64,000 nt of DNA from NCBI GenBank assembly GCA_050084985.1, contig JBITNC010000001.1:202740001-202804000 (forward strand), given 5' to 3'. Positions 20,180-33,040 of this stretch are shown here, piece by piece. How positions within the stretch are numbered: the stretch's first letter is position 1; every line of letters starts with the position of its first letter. This DNA is from Nageia nagi. Lineage: Eukaryota > Plantae > Pinophyta. The translations under genes were made by a program, and so were the position numbers. The notes below the pieces were generated by a model, which saw only the letters and a list, made by a program, of their open reading frames with translations, had not been told where the DNA came from and made no database searches.

Positions 20180-22800
20180 AGTAAATCTTATGAAATTATG
20201 AGCATAGTGACAAAACATTCTTATGGGAGAAGCTCATATTCCAATCCCCTCACTTTAGACATTGGACTCTTGATTTATGCTTCCACAACAATAATTCACA
20301 AACTTCTTATTCCTCCAGCTCCATTAAGATTTGAAGCTCCTAGATACTCAAATTTTCTATTGAACCCTCTCGAGAGATTCTCTTATTAAGACACTCCAAT
20401 TCATATGGTAGATATTTCTTCCTTTGCAAAACTTTCCTGAACTCGTGAGAATCCCAAATTTTAATATTTTCTTTGAGGTATTGGAGTCACTTAAAAAGAC
20501 AATAAATTTATGTTCCATATTGAGGTTTGGACTTCATTAGCTAGTATTGGACTAAGGTTCTAAAAGGGGCATCCCACAATCACATCAAGATCAATACATG
20601 ACCCTAAACTAGAAGCCAATCAATCCATTCAACAATATGAGCCTACCCATGTCTCGTATTATTCCATGCAAACGAGCGACTGTTTGGGACAATGTCCCCA
20701 AGGCCTAAGTAAGAAATGAGTTGTCTCTCTACTCACAAGATTCGAAGATGGATCCAACTAATAAATACCTTCCCATTTCTTCTCTAATGATATGATGGTA
20801 TTGAAATCACTCCCGATATAACTTTATACATTGGGAATTGCAAGATCACGACCTCCTTTGTTCACCATTGTTTCCACTTCCCTTCAAGCGAGAAGGCACC
20901 ATAGAAGTTAATAAATAAACTAGCCATGCATGTTTGCCTCTATCTTCCCACACAACCCAAAACTCCTTTTGCTCCTACTACAAAATGCATTACTAAGTCT
21001 CTAGGCTGCCACATGCACACCAATCCCCTTGAAGCTTCATGAGAGTCAAGAGTGATGGATTCACATCAAGACTAAATATTAATTTTAATTCCCCCAAAAG
21101 CAATCATGCATAACTTGGTCTCTTGCAAAAAGACCATATTTGGACACTGATTTTTAATTAATCTTATAACATCAACTTGTTTAGCATGTTGTTTAGGCCT
21201 CTCACATTCCATAGGACAACCTTCATTGAGATAAGTTGGAGAAGCAATTATGAAGACTCTTCATCTTCCTTCTTCAGCCCATTGTTCACCTTATGCAATT
21301 TCTCTTATCTATCTTACAGCCAGCCCATTGATAAGTATAAGCCCTAGGGTATCATGCAATTAATTTTTCCTTAGATTTGATTCCAACATGAAGACAATTG
21401 ACCCTGTTGAAGCTAAGAGAATAGTGTAGCTTCCTATAGCATCTTGAGAGGATGTTACTTCTCTACTTTGAGATAGAATATTGCTTCCTCCTTCCATGAG
21501 ATCCCCTGCTGAAGTGCAGCTACAGCCCTAACAAACTCCTTTGATTTATCAAGGACCACCATAAGGATACCTTGAGCTTGGGATCCATGTAATATTTCAT
21601 TAACCTTCTCGACTTGCATTGCATGGTCACCAGGAGGGCTTCAACTTTGGTTTGTAAATATTTGGTATTGACCCAAAAGATGTTCTTCATTTGTCCCATT
21701 CAAACCTTTTCTAGCTTGTTCAGAAGGTTGATAGTCTTTATCATGATCATAAACCACATCAATATTTTCCTCAATACTTAAGATTGCATAGAGTGTTGTT
21801 CCTATTGACTGTGCCTCAACTTGATTAGAAGTTTGCTAATTCCTTTTATAATTATTGTGTTTGACCTCTGTGAATCCATCCTCATTAATGGGTTCTTGCT
21901 TTTGTTCAGTAGCAGGATTGAGAGTCATGCCAGCAAGTGGCCATCATTGTTTCAATGAGATAGAACACTACGTTAGAAGATGAACATATTCATGGCGCAC
22001 ACGACACTTAAATAGGATTGCTTCATAATATAAACCCTGCTTCCACACAAGTGTGTCTTCTTCCAATTCTATTAACTCAGGTAAATGTCTGGAGATGCCT
22101 AGTTTCATACAAATTCTTGCAAATGATGTAACTTTACACTCCTAGGCATGCATGAAACCATCAAAAATTTCCCAAAGTGTCCCCAATCAGATTGAAAACA
22201 TCTTCTCACCAAAATTCCAAAAGGAGGCAAAAGAGCCTTACCCAAACTGAAACTACATCAAGTAATTCTTCAGAAGCATTAAAACCCATGTGCCAAGGTA
22301 TTAGAAAAAGGAGCGTTGTTATCCCAAAGAAAAATGATCCTCCACCCAAAACCCCATTTCAATCATCCACAAATTAAAACACCATAACAAAATACCCCTT
22401 GGCCAACATCATAAGCTTCAGTTCTCAATGCACTTGCCATCCTCTCCTCACACACCCCTGGACTCTGTCTAGGGTTGTGTGCAGACCCATAAACTTGCAA
22501 ATGATTGCATGTTAGGATAAAAAAGCTATGTTTTTAGTGAACCAGAAATTAAACTAATGTGTATCCCTTGCTTTGCTTTAAACAACGATTCTGCCCCAAT
22601 AGAAAATTTCCTGGCATCAGTTGTCCTCTTTCTATTTTGCAGCCACAAGTTTCGTCAATTCATAGCTTGCTAAATATCCTTCTTTTCAACTTCATCCTCA
22701 TCGTCACTGCATGTTTATAATAGTTAAAGCCTGAAAAGGCCCCATCCCCTCCACCTTAGTCGAAAACCCCGAGAGGAGGGTTGTCCTCTGCCCCTTCCAT
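20180..22800 (-). mobile_element. Decayed L1 LINE (ORF1 DUF4283 + zinc knuckle; ORF2 endonuclease and linker)
   Basis: HAIICKFMG...AKGYFVMVF...PWHMGFN...VWVRL...LEFW...FARIC...YYEA..FKC; NMVFLQET; SFAWNNTR; WKHKSRVQCLK*GDWNMSFSH. Confidence 0.82.
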
Positions 22801-23039
22801 TGAGCTCCAATATTATGAGTCTTACCATATTATTTTATGACTGATCTCAACTCTCTATCATGTATAGTTAATCATTACGCTCTCTTATTTTCATGAACCT
22901 CATGTCAAAATCCCTAGATCTTCTATCTTTTAAAGCTTTCGGAAAGAAAAATAATTCTGCACAAGTTTGGAAGTGTAAATCAGGCCAATTGAAACACCTA
23001 TACTGCTCTTACACAGTCATTGGCTTTAATTGGAGCCTG

Positions 23040-23626
23040 TAACTACTTAGGAAAGTTATTTCCTTTTCCATCTTCCTTAAGATCATGCTTAGGTTTTGGT
23101 GAATTTGATCACTGGGAGGATTTCTCTGCTCATTAATACTGGATTTGGTTCAGAAAACTTATTTAATTGATGATTGGCCTACTCGAATTTAAGCATTAAA
23201 TCAGGGTCAGTATCCTATCTCTCATATGCTGAGAAAGGGTAACAACGCAGAGGATCTCCTAGCTAATGCAGGAGTGGATTTGGTAGAATAGTCAAAGGCT
23301 CAGTTGCTCTCTCTGTGATGGTTTATCTCAGATTTTGGCAGTGAACATTGATGTAGCAACAATTCAGTAGAATGAAATATTTAAATTGTTTAACATGACT
23401 CAGATTAAACCATTTATTGATGTTGTGCAGGACATAAATATACAGGATTAGAACTCTACAAGATCAGTTTAAGCTGTTGTTTCTTTCCCTGTACAGGGGG
23501 CATTAGTATTGTAATGATGTAAAGGGTAGGATTTTTTGGGCTTGGACTATGTATGGATGTAATTGGGTCACAATTATTTTTGGTCTAGGCACTCTTATAA
23601 ATATCCCTCTTGAATGAAAAAAAAAA
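23040..23626 (+). mobile_element. 3' end of an L1 LINE (RNase H remnant, 3' UTR, poly-A tail)
   Basis: ISHMLRKGNNAEDLLANAGV at ~23217-23277 (H..REGN..AD.LA motif); ends TTGAATG followed by an A10 run at 23617-23626. Confidence 0.7.
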
Positions 23627-24685
23627 TAAGTTAAAGTTTATGTGTAGTTTGCTAAGAAAACAGGATAACTGATAACAAAAAAACAGAATCAGAAACAACA
23701 CACAGGATTAACATGGAAAACCCTGCATACATGGGCAAATGGCAGCTTCAATCTTTATTACTCTCAAACTTTCTCGATATACAAAAGAGTTATTCCCCTT
23801 TTTTTAAAAAAAATAGGAGATTCCAGAAACCTGTGGTACATACAAACTGCACACTTAATAATAGCTACGCCTAAAAATAGCCATGCTCAATAGTAGCGTG
23901 CTCTATCTAAAAATAGCGACTAAAAGATTGGAGGAGGCATGCAGCACTGACCACCGCACCATACTGATACCATGAGAGGAACGTTGGAGATCTGGATATT
24001 GATTTCACCTCCTACATTAATATCCCCCTTGAATGAACAAAAAAAAAAGTTTTGAGTTTAGGTGTAGTTCTTGTAGAGTGTTGTAGTGTTGTTTCATTCC
24101 CACTCTTTAGAACATACAAAAGGTATTTCAGACATCGATTTTGAGTTTTCAGGTAATACATCTTCCTGGACTCTGTTACAGAGTTATACTTTCTAACTAC
24201 TCCAACTTTTTACAACATTCAACTATGAGTTGTGGAGGACTTTCAGTAAATTTCCTGATATCTGACCTGAATTTTGCAACATTTCAGCAAACAATCAGCT
24301 TTAATACCATAACACTTCTACTTTCAATAAATGTGTAATGATATGTGAAAGATTCAGGTCTCTTACATGGCCCAAACTACTTAGATATACATATGGCTGT
24401 GTGTCAATGAGCTCAATGTTGATTGGATTTTCCCCAACTTTTACATCCTAGAACACTAGAACAATCAATAAATTGTCTTACTCCTTTATAACACCCAAGG
24501 AGATGTACTTAATCGGTTGCATGCATTTGGATAAACCAAAGAAAACAATGTATTGAATAATGATTATTGTACAATGTCTAGGGTACAATTATATGTACAC
24601 AACTGAATAAGTAACTACAGAATCACAAAAAAATGTTCCAACATTTAGCAACAATTGCCACCAATAATACTCCTCTTAACTCAGA

Positions 24686-25317
24686 TCAACCTCCATAAAA
24701 ATTTGCATAAGTGGGAAGCAACATATATGAAGTAGTAAGGATCTGAAACCGACAAAATCTTAAAAGACTATATCTTGAAAAGTTGGTCATAATTTGTGAT
24801 AGTTCATAATCATATCTTAAAAGACAACATACATGAACTCATCGTTCCTTTATTCTGAATACATAGTACTCTGGTTCTAAATGAAATTTGCATGCTCACT
24901 TAACATGCATAAAGAAGGGAATTATTTATGTTTGCATACTAAAATCTGATCCACTTTAACAGCAATGCATGCAATGCAATGGTGAATTGAATTGAATTTG
25001 AAACACTTCTATGACTCCGAATTTGTTCCAATTATAACAACTGGCCATTAAAATTGAAGTCAAAATTCGCATACGTTTTCCCTGAGTATAAAAGAGGTAC
25101 AATTGGGATGGAACCAGAGGAGTGATGTTGAACGCTGATACTCAAATTTATTCGAGCTTAAGCCGCAACTTGAATTTCAAAAACAGAAATCCCGCATGCA
25201 TAATGGTACCTTTTCGTTGGTGGTGCTGCTGAAGAACTGCCAGATTTTGCAGATGAATAAGTAGAGGAGAAGAATCGCAATTAAGACGCCACATCCTATT
25301 AAACCCTTGTCCACCAT
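24686..25317 (-). CDS. Candidate two-exon small host gene, ~54-aa single-pass membrane/secreted peptide (exons 25317-25210 and 24742-24686; in-frame upstream ATG at 25353)
   Basis: GCACCATGG start context; MVDKGLIGCGVLIAILLLYLFICKIWQFFSSTTNEK | ILTTSYMLLPTYANFYGG*; AAG|GTAC donor, TTTTGTCGGTTTCAG acceptor, 467-nt AT-rich intron; TGTA/AATAAT-rich 3' region; locally retained CpGs. Confidence 0.55.
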
Positions 25318-25429
25318 GGTGCTCTTAAAGACCTTCCAAATGAAAATGTGCATCCCTGGAATCGCCTGATCTTGGACATCACAGAGCTTTAACCCTCCCT
25401 ACCTCTATCAGGAGGAGACATGGATAAAA

Positions 25430-25520
25430 TATTATAAATAGGCAAACGGTAAGGGAAGAATTATTTTTCTATATCACATGTACCAATTCCCACTGCCTGC
25501 TTCACGGCGGCGGTCGTCCA
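25430..25520 (-). promoter_or_regulatory. Putative core promoter of the candidate small gene
   Basis: CCTATTTATAAT (25442-25431), E-box CACATG (25475-25480), GCCGCC core (25511-25506) upstream of the ATG; TATA orientation is ambiguous. Confidence 0.4.
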
Positions 25521-28500
25521 TACATTAATATATTATAAAATGATGGACTCCAAATTCACCTTGATTAAAAGTCTTCATGGATATTGATAGAAAATTCAAC
25601 ACTAAATCATCATTTAGAATAATATTAAAAAATGTTTTCAGTTATTTAGTTTTATAGTATATATACAAAATTAATATGAAAATTGATCGATATGTAAAAT
25701 TTTATTGATGAGTACAATATATTGTAAATAACGAAGTACAATGAAAGAAATAATTATATAAATGAAAATAAGTTATCAAAATAGATGAAATAGAGTTTTT
25801 TTAAAGAATTGATAAATAGGGTTCAATTAATTATAAAAGACTATAAGATGATAGTTTATAAGTTTCAACTAAATTTGATTATATGATGCCTCTGGAGGGA
25901 ATATAATAGATGGGAAGAGGGTAGGGAGGAGTTATGGGATTTTCAAGTGAGATGGTTTTGTAGGAGATAGTAATTCTTGAATTGGTATCACCCAAATCAC
26001 GAATTATGATAATTTGGCCAAATACAAGATATTCCTATAGAGTGCCTATATATTGATTGATAGCAAAGGCATGGGTAGCATTGATGGGGTTGGTTATGAT
26101 GCCTATTTTTATGAAGATCTCCCTTTAAATAATGATAAGGAGGATAGGCCCTTATCACTTGAGGTGGATAAGGTATATAATGTGTTGTGGTAAGTCATAT
26201 GACCTACCTTTACTACATCAACTTTGTAAGGAGTTTTTTAGTTATTATCGTTGTTGGTGGTAATTTCTTAATTTTTTAGCTATATTTATGGTTATAAAAG
26301 AGATTTGACACACTTATCAAGAGGATAGTTGCATTTGGAAAGATATTTAACCATTTTTAGAGAGGTCAAAGATCTTAAAGCTGAAACTTAAGGTGGTGAT
26401 AATGGAGAGTGATATGATGGTGACAAGGATGATAATACCTCCACCTCTAGTACCATTTGGAGAAGCCCTCATTATATTTTTAAGCTAACAACTGATGAAC
26501 TAGGAGAAATATGGATAAAATTTAATGCAGACTAAGTTAACAAGGATGAGAGGATGTTATGAGAGTATTATACCCTATACAAGGCTACCATACCTACAAG
26601 CCAAAAAGCAAATATTTCTACATGATAGATCAAGACTAATAAATCCATGAGAATGATGGACCAGACATATCAATCTCAAGGTGGTGACCTAGGGGAAGGA
26701 CAAGGTTTTACATCGTGCTCTTTATTTTACTACATCATATATGTACCTCATGAGATTTACATGTTTATTAATGTGTGTTTTATTTATGTTGTTTGTATTT
26801 CTTTCATAAAAAATAAAATAGAAATAAGTACAATGATAAATAATAAGACATGACTTTTAATTGGATAAATGGTGTAGGAGGAATAATTGTTAGTATATAT
26901 GTTTAATCCACCCCACACCTTCCATTGTTCTATTAGTCATATGGAAAGTAATAGTTTCAATGTTACTATGGTCATTTTACATTGAGAGAAACAATAGGAT
27001 CTTCCGACATTCTCACCACTTTGAAAATACGATTTGGAACAACTTGAGCTTTCAATTAGTGAACATTTGGGAGTCTTATGGGGCAACTGGTTCAAATCTA
27101 TCCAAGGAGATATGGGGTATACAATTTTGGTAATACATATAGTTGATGTTAATTCTTTCACACATACTTCCCATGCTTCCTCCATCTTGAATTGATAGTA
27201 GCAAGTTGGGAATTAGAAAAAGCTCTTCTCTTCGAATAAACAAATTACTCATAAACTGATTATTTCTCAATTTTGGTTTTGCATACCCATGATCCTAACT
27301 CACCAAATTCCACTCTAGGCATCCTCTATAATTTCATAAATATTTAGAAGGTGTTTACTATCACACTCCTATAATTTCATTCAATTAATATATTATTTTA
27401 AGCTACTAAAAAAAGAAGATAATTCATAACGATTAATTATAAATTAAGAAAGTATTAAGAGAAACAACATGAAATGATGGACTTTGAGAGATAATAAAAT
27501 GATAAATCAAGAGAGGAAACAAAATTGTGAGTTATTAAAAATAAAAATAAAAATGAAAATGGAAACAATAATAAAGTTAGCTTATTTATGGCATTTTTAA
27601 ATGTGAAATGTAAGATGTAAGAAAAAAATTAAGACACCAATCATGATTGAGACTTCTATTTATAGTATTTTTTTAATGTTCGAATAGGATGTAAGAAAGT
27701 TTTCTAAGTCTATTTAGGTTGGATATGGTTTAGGGCAATATAATAAGTAAAAATCTCTATAGCATTTTGTAGATATTTTCTCTTATTATTTTTTGTTTTA
27801 TGTCTATAAGCATATCTCTATTAATTTTTTGGATTTTAGAAAATGTCAAAGTATAAAATATAAAATATTATAGTATTTTTTTCTATGATTTATTGTTAAT
27901 CCTTTTCCATTTTGATTATAAGTTTTTTTTTTTTTTTGTTATCATTATAATTAATTGAGTTTTATGATTATGCAAGTTTGATTTTTTTTAGTTTTATGGG
28001 TTTGACTATAATAATTTTTTCTCTATGTGTGAATTTTAAATATTTGCATATAATTACATCGAGGTGTCTCTACAATTGTATTTAGGGGCAGGGAAAGGAA
28101 TCAAATGTCTGGTTGTTAAACTTTTTTTATAAAATTATTTATCTAACTTTAAAAGCATAAGCATCATGTGATTGAGTATAATAGAATGCAAATTGTAATA
28201 ATGTAGCTCAAATAATATAGCATGTAATGTGCAATGTAGGAGAGTATGGTGAGAGCTTTATTAGAGTATCATTAGATTAGTAGTGTATGAGTATTCTATC
28301 AGAATACATATTTATCTATTGATGTATTTCTTATGAAGTAATACAAGTGTGATGTGAGATTATTAGCTCCATATCATATGTTATGTATGATAGTGTTGTA
28401 GCCATATTTTATGTTGATATATTCTATATTGATAACTTGATTAAACTAAGGTTCAAATATTAGGTATGTTCATCTTATCTTAAGTTGTGATTCATTTTAG

Positions 28501-29111
28501 AGTGATTTAACTTAATCAAGGTTATTGCATAAGTTATTAAGGTGAACATTAAGAGTATCTTAAGGATTGTTCATGTAGTCAATCTAATATAAAACTACAC
28601 TTATATAATATAAATCCCTATTTGGGCATTCATTTCTTCATTTGGTCTCTCCATCGTTATCAAATGCTAGGATAAGTTCATGAAGAAAATATTACCATCA
28701 TCATATGGAAAATTAAATACCATTTTATGCTAAAATAAATAATTCTAAGTTGATCCAAGATAAATAAACTCTAGAGTCAAAATCAAAAGCGATAAGCTAA
28801 CCCCCATAACTTTTGATTTTTTGAAAACCTTAACAAATAACACCATTTTCCCTCTTGTTATAATGAGATAATATCATTGCACCTCTTATTTTTAAGTAAT
28901 TTTGACCCCCAAAATGTTTTAAGGAGATACTCATTCAACCTAAAGGCTTATTTGGACATATATTTCTCTATTTCTGGTAATGAATGCAATTTTCAATTAA
29001 TCATTTTATTTCATATTTGGTGTTGCATTCTAATCCATAAGGAGGAGCTTGATCATCATTTAGATTGGTCCTAACCTCATACAAATATGGGACAAGCATC
29101 AACCCTCCTCA

Positions 29112-31857
29112 TGAGAAAATGCAAACTGATGCAAGATCTTATTATTATGAATTTGGACTATAAATATCTATTTTTATGAGAGAACTAGTAGACAAAAAGG
29201 TGGTTGAGAAGTATTCTTCACATCACTCACAACTAAATACAACATGTTAAACCATGTGGTTAACAAACCACTACAACACAATACATATAATCCATGTGAC
29301 TACAACAAGCTAATAAATATAATGACTTAGACTTTAGGGATAATGTTTATTCCAAAATTTGCCCCTTTGATGCTAAGGGACTCTTTCAAGAGTTTATAAG
29401 CATCACAAACTTGGAAGAAACTCAATATTTTTCATCTCCTCCAATTTTTCAATAAAATAAATAAAAAATTGCAAAATCCTTATTTGGGCACTCCTTCCAC
29501 TTCTTGCATGGGTTCTCCTCCATTGTTGATGTTACTCCTTCATGGTACAAATAATTGAGTTCCATTTGATGAAATACTCTCCCTTCATCAAAACTTTCTT
29601 TTAGTGTCATTCCATCAATGCCATAAGTATCGATTTTAAAGAACCAATCTCTTTCACAATGTTATTTGAACCATTATTCTTTTACATCATTACATTTCCA
29701 TACTCCACATGAGTATGTTTTAATCATCTCATAATGATAATTATATATCATGCCACTTTCACAAAACTCTACATACACTTTCAATCAATAAATAGCCAAA
29801 CATTAGCTAATGATATATATGCAACCTTAAGTTGCTCCTCATACAATGGTCTTCTCCTCACAATGGTTTCACATAACACATTATTTTCTTTTTCTCCATT
29901 TGAGTCCAAGTGAATCAAGATCTCCATTTCCATCATGGTATTCAATTATGGATTTTCAAGGCACTCTTCTTCCTCAAATCTATTTTCAACACATTTAAAA
30001 AAACCATTAGTATATAAATATCTATCACCTCTAATGGTGATTTCTTTTCCTTCTTTTTATCTCATTTACTTTCTCATCTTCCACCTCCCAAATGAGATAA
30101 TCTTGTGTGCTCTTCTCTTCACATACCATATCATTATCTTCAAACATGTATAGCCTTCATTTTATCATTATCAATTGCCTCTTTTGGATCATCATCCTAT
30201 ATTATCTTTATAAGATAATCATCATGTGCCTCCGTCATAGATCACTCTTCATTTTTCTCCACTCCATGTGAGTGGTATTCATTATAAGGGAGCCAAAAAT
30301 GCTCCTTATTGTCAATATAACACCCTTCCATGATTGTTTGTTCTTATTCTCCATCATTTTTCCATGATCTATTTTCATATGTCTCTTCTATGAGACTTTA
30401 TTCATCACATGCCTTCTCCATGAGGCATTTTTCATCATATGTCTCCTTCATGAGACATTCATCCTCCTTGTGATCAATGTGAATCTCTTTAAAATATGCC
30501 ATTTTCACAAGAGGTTTTGCATTACTCTCTTCCATGAGAGTTTCATAAGGCCTCACACTAGGCTCTTCTTTATATATGTCTTTCTCTTCAAGGAAGAATT
30601 CATCATCATGCATGCCTTCTTCATAATAAATGTATTCAAAAAGCCCTTCAAAAGGATCTTTAAAATAAGGCTCTTCACATGAGTCTCTATAAGACTCTTC
30701 AATTATATATGGCTCTTCCCATGAGCCTTCACCAAAAGAGCAAGGCTTTCTCTTGCTCACAAGACCTTCATATTCACTAACATTAAAAACATATTTCAAA
30801 ACTTTCCATGCAATAGAAGTTGATTTACAACTTGATATGAGAGGAAAAATATTTTCTTTCATACCTTTTTTATGTACATTAGGTTCAAACAATTTTGATA
30901 TTGCTTCTCTTTATTTATCTTCTTCTCTTCACCATCGAGCAAGCTCCAAGTGATGGGTTCTTCATACCCATATTCAATGATATCTCAAAGATCCTAAGCC
31001 ATCAAAACTATTTTCGTTATTAAGTTCCATTCAAAATAATTATCTCCATCAAATTTGGGCACCTCTAAACCTTCAAACATGGTTTCTATCTCCATTTGTA
31101 GGGATTTAATAAATCCTTACAACCACCTTTTCTTAAAACTTAATAATACCAATCACTAAGAGATATTATATCACTTTCCAAATATTCCTTTTAGAAATAT
31201 ATAAAATTTGGAAAAAATATTACCTCATAAATAAATCTTTTTCACTAAAATAAATCCACAACATTCTCTAACCAAACAGTAGCAATGGATAAATCCATAA
31301 CGTGGGCTCTTTTCACAACTGTCTATGTAGGGATTTTCCTTCTTCCACATAAACACAAATAATAACAATGCAAATAAGTAGTGGTATGGGCTTCCTTCAA
31401 ACCTTTTTCTCCTTCTCTTTGATAAGCAGCCTCTCACATCATCTCCAATCTAAAGAGCAATTTTTTTTATTACTTCTATGATAGAAAATAGTAGGCCCTT
31501 AGGTAGATCTCCGCTTCTTAACAGACATCTCCTACTCTCTACAAATATCCATAGAATTTAATCCCAACAATTGATCTTAAATGCTTTGATACCAATTGAG
31601 AAAATGCAAAGTGATGCAATATCTGATTATTATGAATTTAGAATACAAATATATAATTATGTGAGAGAACTGTTAGACAAACAAGTGGTTGAGAAGTATT
31701 CTTCTCATGACTCATAACTAACTACAACAAGCCAAACTATGTGGTTAACAAATCATTATAAAGAAATACGTACACTCCATGTGACTACAACAAGCTACTA
31801 CATGACAAGATAATAAATCTAATGACTTAGACTTTAGGGATAATGTTTATTCCAACA
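29112..31857 (-). mobile_element. Complete non-autonomous copia-derived LTR element (2.7 kb, short LTRs, gag remnant)
   Basis: LTRs 29112-29357 and 31597-31857; Met PBS TGGTATCAAAGC next to the 5' LTR; PPT-like AAAGGGGCAAA; near-TSD CCTCA/CCTAA; gag motifs VPKFDGDNY and IFPLISSCKSTSIAWKVLK. Confidence 0.85.
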
Positions 31858-32479
31858 CCTAACCCACCTAAGAAAAAAAAACTTATAGTTTCAAGTATTA
31901 TTAAGGAGAGTTTTTGAGGCTTCTTCAATGGGGTTAGATTCATCAAATCAAGTGCACAAGTATTATTTTTCATATTTCATGTTTATGTATGTTAGATCGA
32001 AGACTATTGTTTTTCTTAGGTTCAATTTTTCATAAATCTCTTATGCACTCTAATTTGCAAGATTACCACCATATTGTTATATAATTCTATATGGGTATAT
32101 GTATAATTCACTATAGATAAATTATTTATTTATATATTTAACATTGTAAATTATTTTATTTTATTTGTATTTTTTACTATCGCATACTTTTACATATAAA
32201 CTAAATCTCATCTATGTTAAAAATTTAAAATCCTAAAAATAAAAAATGGAAAACATTGTGTAAAACTCATATATGATAAAAAATTATTTACTTGATAATG
32301 GGTTGGTTAAAGAGATTTACTTGTTCCTTTATCAAAATAATTTAACCCAATGAAATCAAAATGGTATCCATAATGATAGTCAAACACAAAAATGGGCAAT
32401 CAAGGCAAAAAAACTTGTATTTAGAAATAAGTGAATTAAGAAAGAAAAAAAGAAAAAAAATGAAATCATAAATGGTAAA

Positions 32480-33040
32480 GAAAGATGATATTTTATGTTA
32501 TTTTGATGGTTCAATTTAAAGTACTCTCTCATAGAAAATTATTAAAGAATAAATTCCAACTAAATATAAAACTCTAAATTTTGATATCAATCCAAAATAA
32601 TACCTTATTCATCTTCCAAGAGGAATGTTGCATAAAATTTGGATATGATGGATAGATTTTTCCTAAGAGTTTGAAAGGTAAAGAATCTATCTATAAAGAG
32701 GTTTCCAAAGCATTTGCAAAGAAATACTAGTACAACATCAAACATAAAACCACTTTACCAAATTTGTATGCAATTTAACAAGGGACAAATGAAAAAATGG
32801 ATAAATATATCCCTAGATTTAAGAGGAAGATATCAATGTGATTTTTATCAATGCTTTTCATAAACATCTTGATATTTATATAAATGAGTCACTTCATGAT
32901 ATATTTGGTACTTTGAGCAAGAAATTTCATACAAGAGAAAGGTATTTCATAGATGATGGGATAATTAAACATGGAAATGTAATTGTAAGTAATAATGCCA
33001 AGAAATCTTATGCAATCAAGAAAGAATATATTGACTAATT
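32480..33040 (+). mobile_element. Highly decayed gypsy gag fragment
   Basis: Residual capsid-like pattern (ESIYKEVSKAF...NL*QGTNEKMDKYIPRF) with many stops. Confidence 0.4.

Noticed and set aside
25860-27330. Convergent decayed coding-like segments, one with a faint zf-GRF-like pattern (PKC...NVGRSY)
   Set aside because: Too degraded to assign; possible MULE/Harbinger relic but TIRs could not be demonstrated by eye
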